64,000 nt of DNA from Candidatus Brennerbacteria bacterium (GTDB lineage: Bacteria > Patescibacteriota > Minisyncoccia > UBA6257 > GWB1-50-10), in contig JAZDNP010000015.1 of NCBI GenBank assembly GCA_043799565.1, positions 12,557-76,556 on the forward strand, written 5' to 3'. The position numbers and the translations under genes are program-made. How positions within the stretch are numbered: position 1 is the first letter of the stretch; each line of letters starts with the position of its first letter. The notes below the pieces were generated by a model. The model had not been told where the DNA came from. It was given only the letters and a program-made list of their open reading frames with translations, and made no database searches. Below are positions 62,784 through 64,000 of this stretch, piece after piece.

Positions 62784-64000
62784 ATGAAGCGACCCGATGG
62801 TACGAATGGCCAAAACGGCCAGAACGGCATCGAGGCGCTCGCAAAGCTCCTCGGTGACTCAGAACATATCCCGCGTTATCGTGGGGCCCATATCCGGTTT
62901 CAAGCGATTAACGTGTTGCCGCAACCGCGCAAGACGTTCGAATCCATCTCCGAACTCGCGCTCGACATTGCCGAGAAGGGGCAGTTGAATCCGCTCATTG
63001 TTGCGCGGTTCGATACACAACACTATGGACGCTATCTCGAGGTCATTAATCGCCTGTGGGGAACGTCATTTTCCCTGAAAGATGCGCACTCCGTGCGTGA
63101 GAAGGGGAAAGCGGTGTTCTACGTACTGCTTGCGGGAGAGCGGCGTTATCGCTCAATGAAGCTTCTCCGTGAAAAGGGATACGAAGCGTTGCACCGTACC
63201 GTATTCGGCAACCTGCCGGTGAACGTACGTGCGCTTCCCAAGCAGGGCGATACGATCGAAGTGCGTTTATGTGACCGCACATCCCCGCTCTTCGCGCTGT
63301 ATGTCCAGCTTTCGGAGAACACTCACATGCAGGTACCGCCGCACGAGGAGGCGCATGCCTACTCGTTGCTCTTCCGTCTCGTACGGCAGGCAGACGAGAG
63401 TTACTCGATTGCCCAGTTCGCACGGCGCATCGGGAGAAGCCCGGAAACGGTGCGGAACGCACTGCGATTTTTCGAACTTCCCGTGGGTCCGCGGAGCTAT
63501 GTGGAGCGAGGGGCACTTCCCTACGGTATTGGCGTAGAACTCACGCGCCTCCATCGCATAGGGCTCAAAGCAAGAGAGCTCGACTGGTGGGCGATGCGCG
63601 CCATTACTGGACGGAAGAAAGTGCCGGATTTCCATGACCTCATATCGAGGTATCTCACCGACCAAACGTCGGAACAGATGACGCTTCTCGATATTATGGA
63701 CGGCAAGAACGAAGCGTTGGTACGGCGCATGCACATTCGGAAGACTGTGCAGGCGCATCTCGTTCGGGCCGTTTGGGGATATGCGGAATACTTCAGGAAG
63801 GTTCTCGGCCTTTTTGAAGAGGGAAAGCTAGGAAAAGAGGATTCCCCCTTTTCCGTGCGGAGTCCCATTCGGGCGTTTCTTTCGCTCATTGGCATCCTTG
63901 AACGGCTTCTGCCGCACCTTCGTGGCCTCATCTCGCATGCAAAGCATGGACATGCGACCGAGGTCCTAGGGCGTGCGCGTGAACTGGCAAGTCAGGCAGA
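62784..64000 (+). CDS. ParB-like N-terminal-domain protein (ParB/Srx-fold nuclease-like), 3'-partial because it runs off the window edge
   Basis: The frame was read by hand and is open from the ATG at 62784 (SD AAAGGAG 7 nt upstream) to position 64000 with no stop. IRFQAINVLPQPRKTFESISELALDIAEKGQLNPLIVARF...VLLAGERRYRSMK matches the ParB N-terminal signature (GERRYRA box). It is absent from the ORF track because no in-window stop exists. Confidence 0.6.
   Translation, partial: MKRPDGTNGQNGQNGIEALAKLLGDSEHIPRYRGAHIRFQAINVLPQPRKTFESISELALDIAEKGQLNPLIVARFDTQHYGRYLEVINRLWGTSFSLKDAHSVREKGKAVFYVLLAGERRYRSMKLLREKGYEALHRTVFGNLPVNVRALPKQGDTIEVRLCDRTSPLFALYVQLSENTHMQVPPHEEAHAYSLLFRLVRQADESYSIAQFARRIGRSPETVRNALRFFELPVGPRSYVERGALPYGIGVELTRLHRIGLKARELDWWAMRAITGRKKVPDFHDLISRYLTDQTSEQMTLLDIMDGKNEALVRRMHIRKTVQAHLVRAVWGYAEYFRKVLGLFEEGKLGKEDSPFSVRSPIRAFLSLIGILERLLPHLRGLISHAKHGHATEVLGRARELASQA

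Noticed and set aside
1-64000. Whole-window scan for CRISPR arrays, rRNA, tRNA, transposases, integrases or phage genes
   Set aside because: No regularly spaced direct repeats, no rRNA-like conserved stretches, no tRNA cloverleaf in any spacer longer than 60 bp, and no DDE, tyrosine-recombinase or capsid/terminase-like ORFs were found. The paralog array is a protein-coding amplification, not a repeat array.

Overview
This window reads as a 64-kb chromosomal segment of a small-genome bacterium, probably a Candidate Phyla Radiation / Patescibacteria (Parcubacteria-like) organism. The evidence is GC of roughly 55-60%, compact genes, an RpoA without a C-terminal domain, a 401-aa UvrC, a lamin-tail-domain surface protein and a type IV pilin. 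Most of the window is housekeeping: secD-secF; infA-rpmJ-rpsM-rpsK-rpsD-rpoA-rplQ-rplM-rpsI; mreB-holB-frr-rseP-proS-mreB2-mreC-mreD-mrdA-greA-lysS-serS; a ftsQ-like gene and a pilin; hrcA-grpE-dnaK-dnaJ with a CIRCE-like operator; rplJ-rplL with a long leader; and a ParB-like gene running off the 3' edge. The outstanding feature is a 15.5-kb head-to-tail array of nine paralogous genes (14150-29681), each about 550-600 aa, with a tenth copy at 40633-42420 inside the frr...serS gene string. Every junction in the array is a 4-nt ATGA stop/start overlap. The proteins are very cysteine-rich. Each has two N-terminal C4 zinc ribbons, an internally duplicated Cys-rich central region with C-x2-C-x2-C-F-G-C-x-G-L-R-x-K motifs, and C-terminal zinc ribbons ending in ...YCEQCY(Q/N)AEV(V/I). 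Copies fall into mosaic subtypes, which suggests module shuffling. I cannot assign this family to any characterised family from memory, and I regard it as the candidate undescribed system. Upstream of the array are two tandem palindromic operator-like sites and a perfect TATAAT 6 nt before the first ATG, which suggests an activator-dependent, leaderless start. A membrane-anchored gene follows the array. Other notable loci are a split VirD4/TraD-like P-loop ATPase with a membrane partner, two mreB paralogs, a region-4-only sigma-like protein with an apparently leaderless promoter, and a 15-bp stem plus a 41-codon uORF overlapping the hrcA start. No CRISPR array, rRNA, tRNA or transposase was found.
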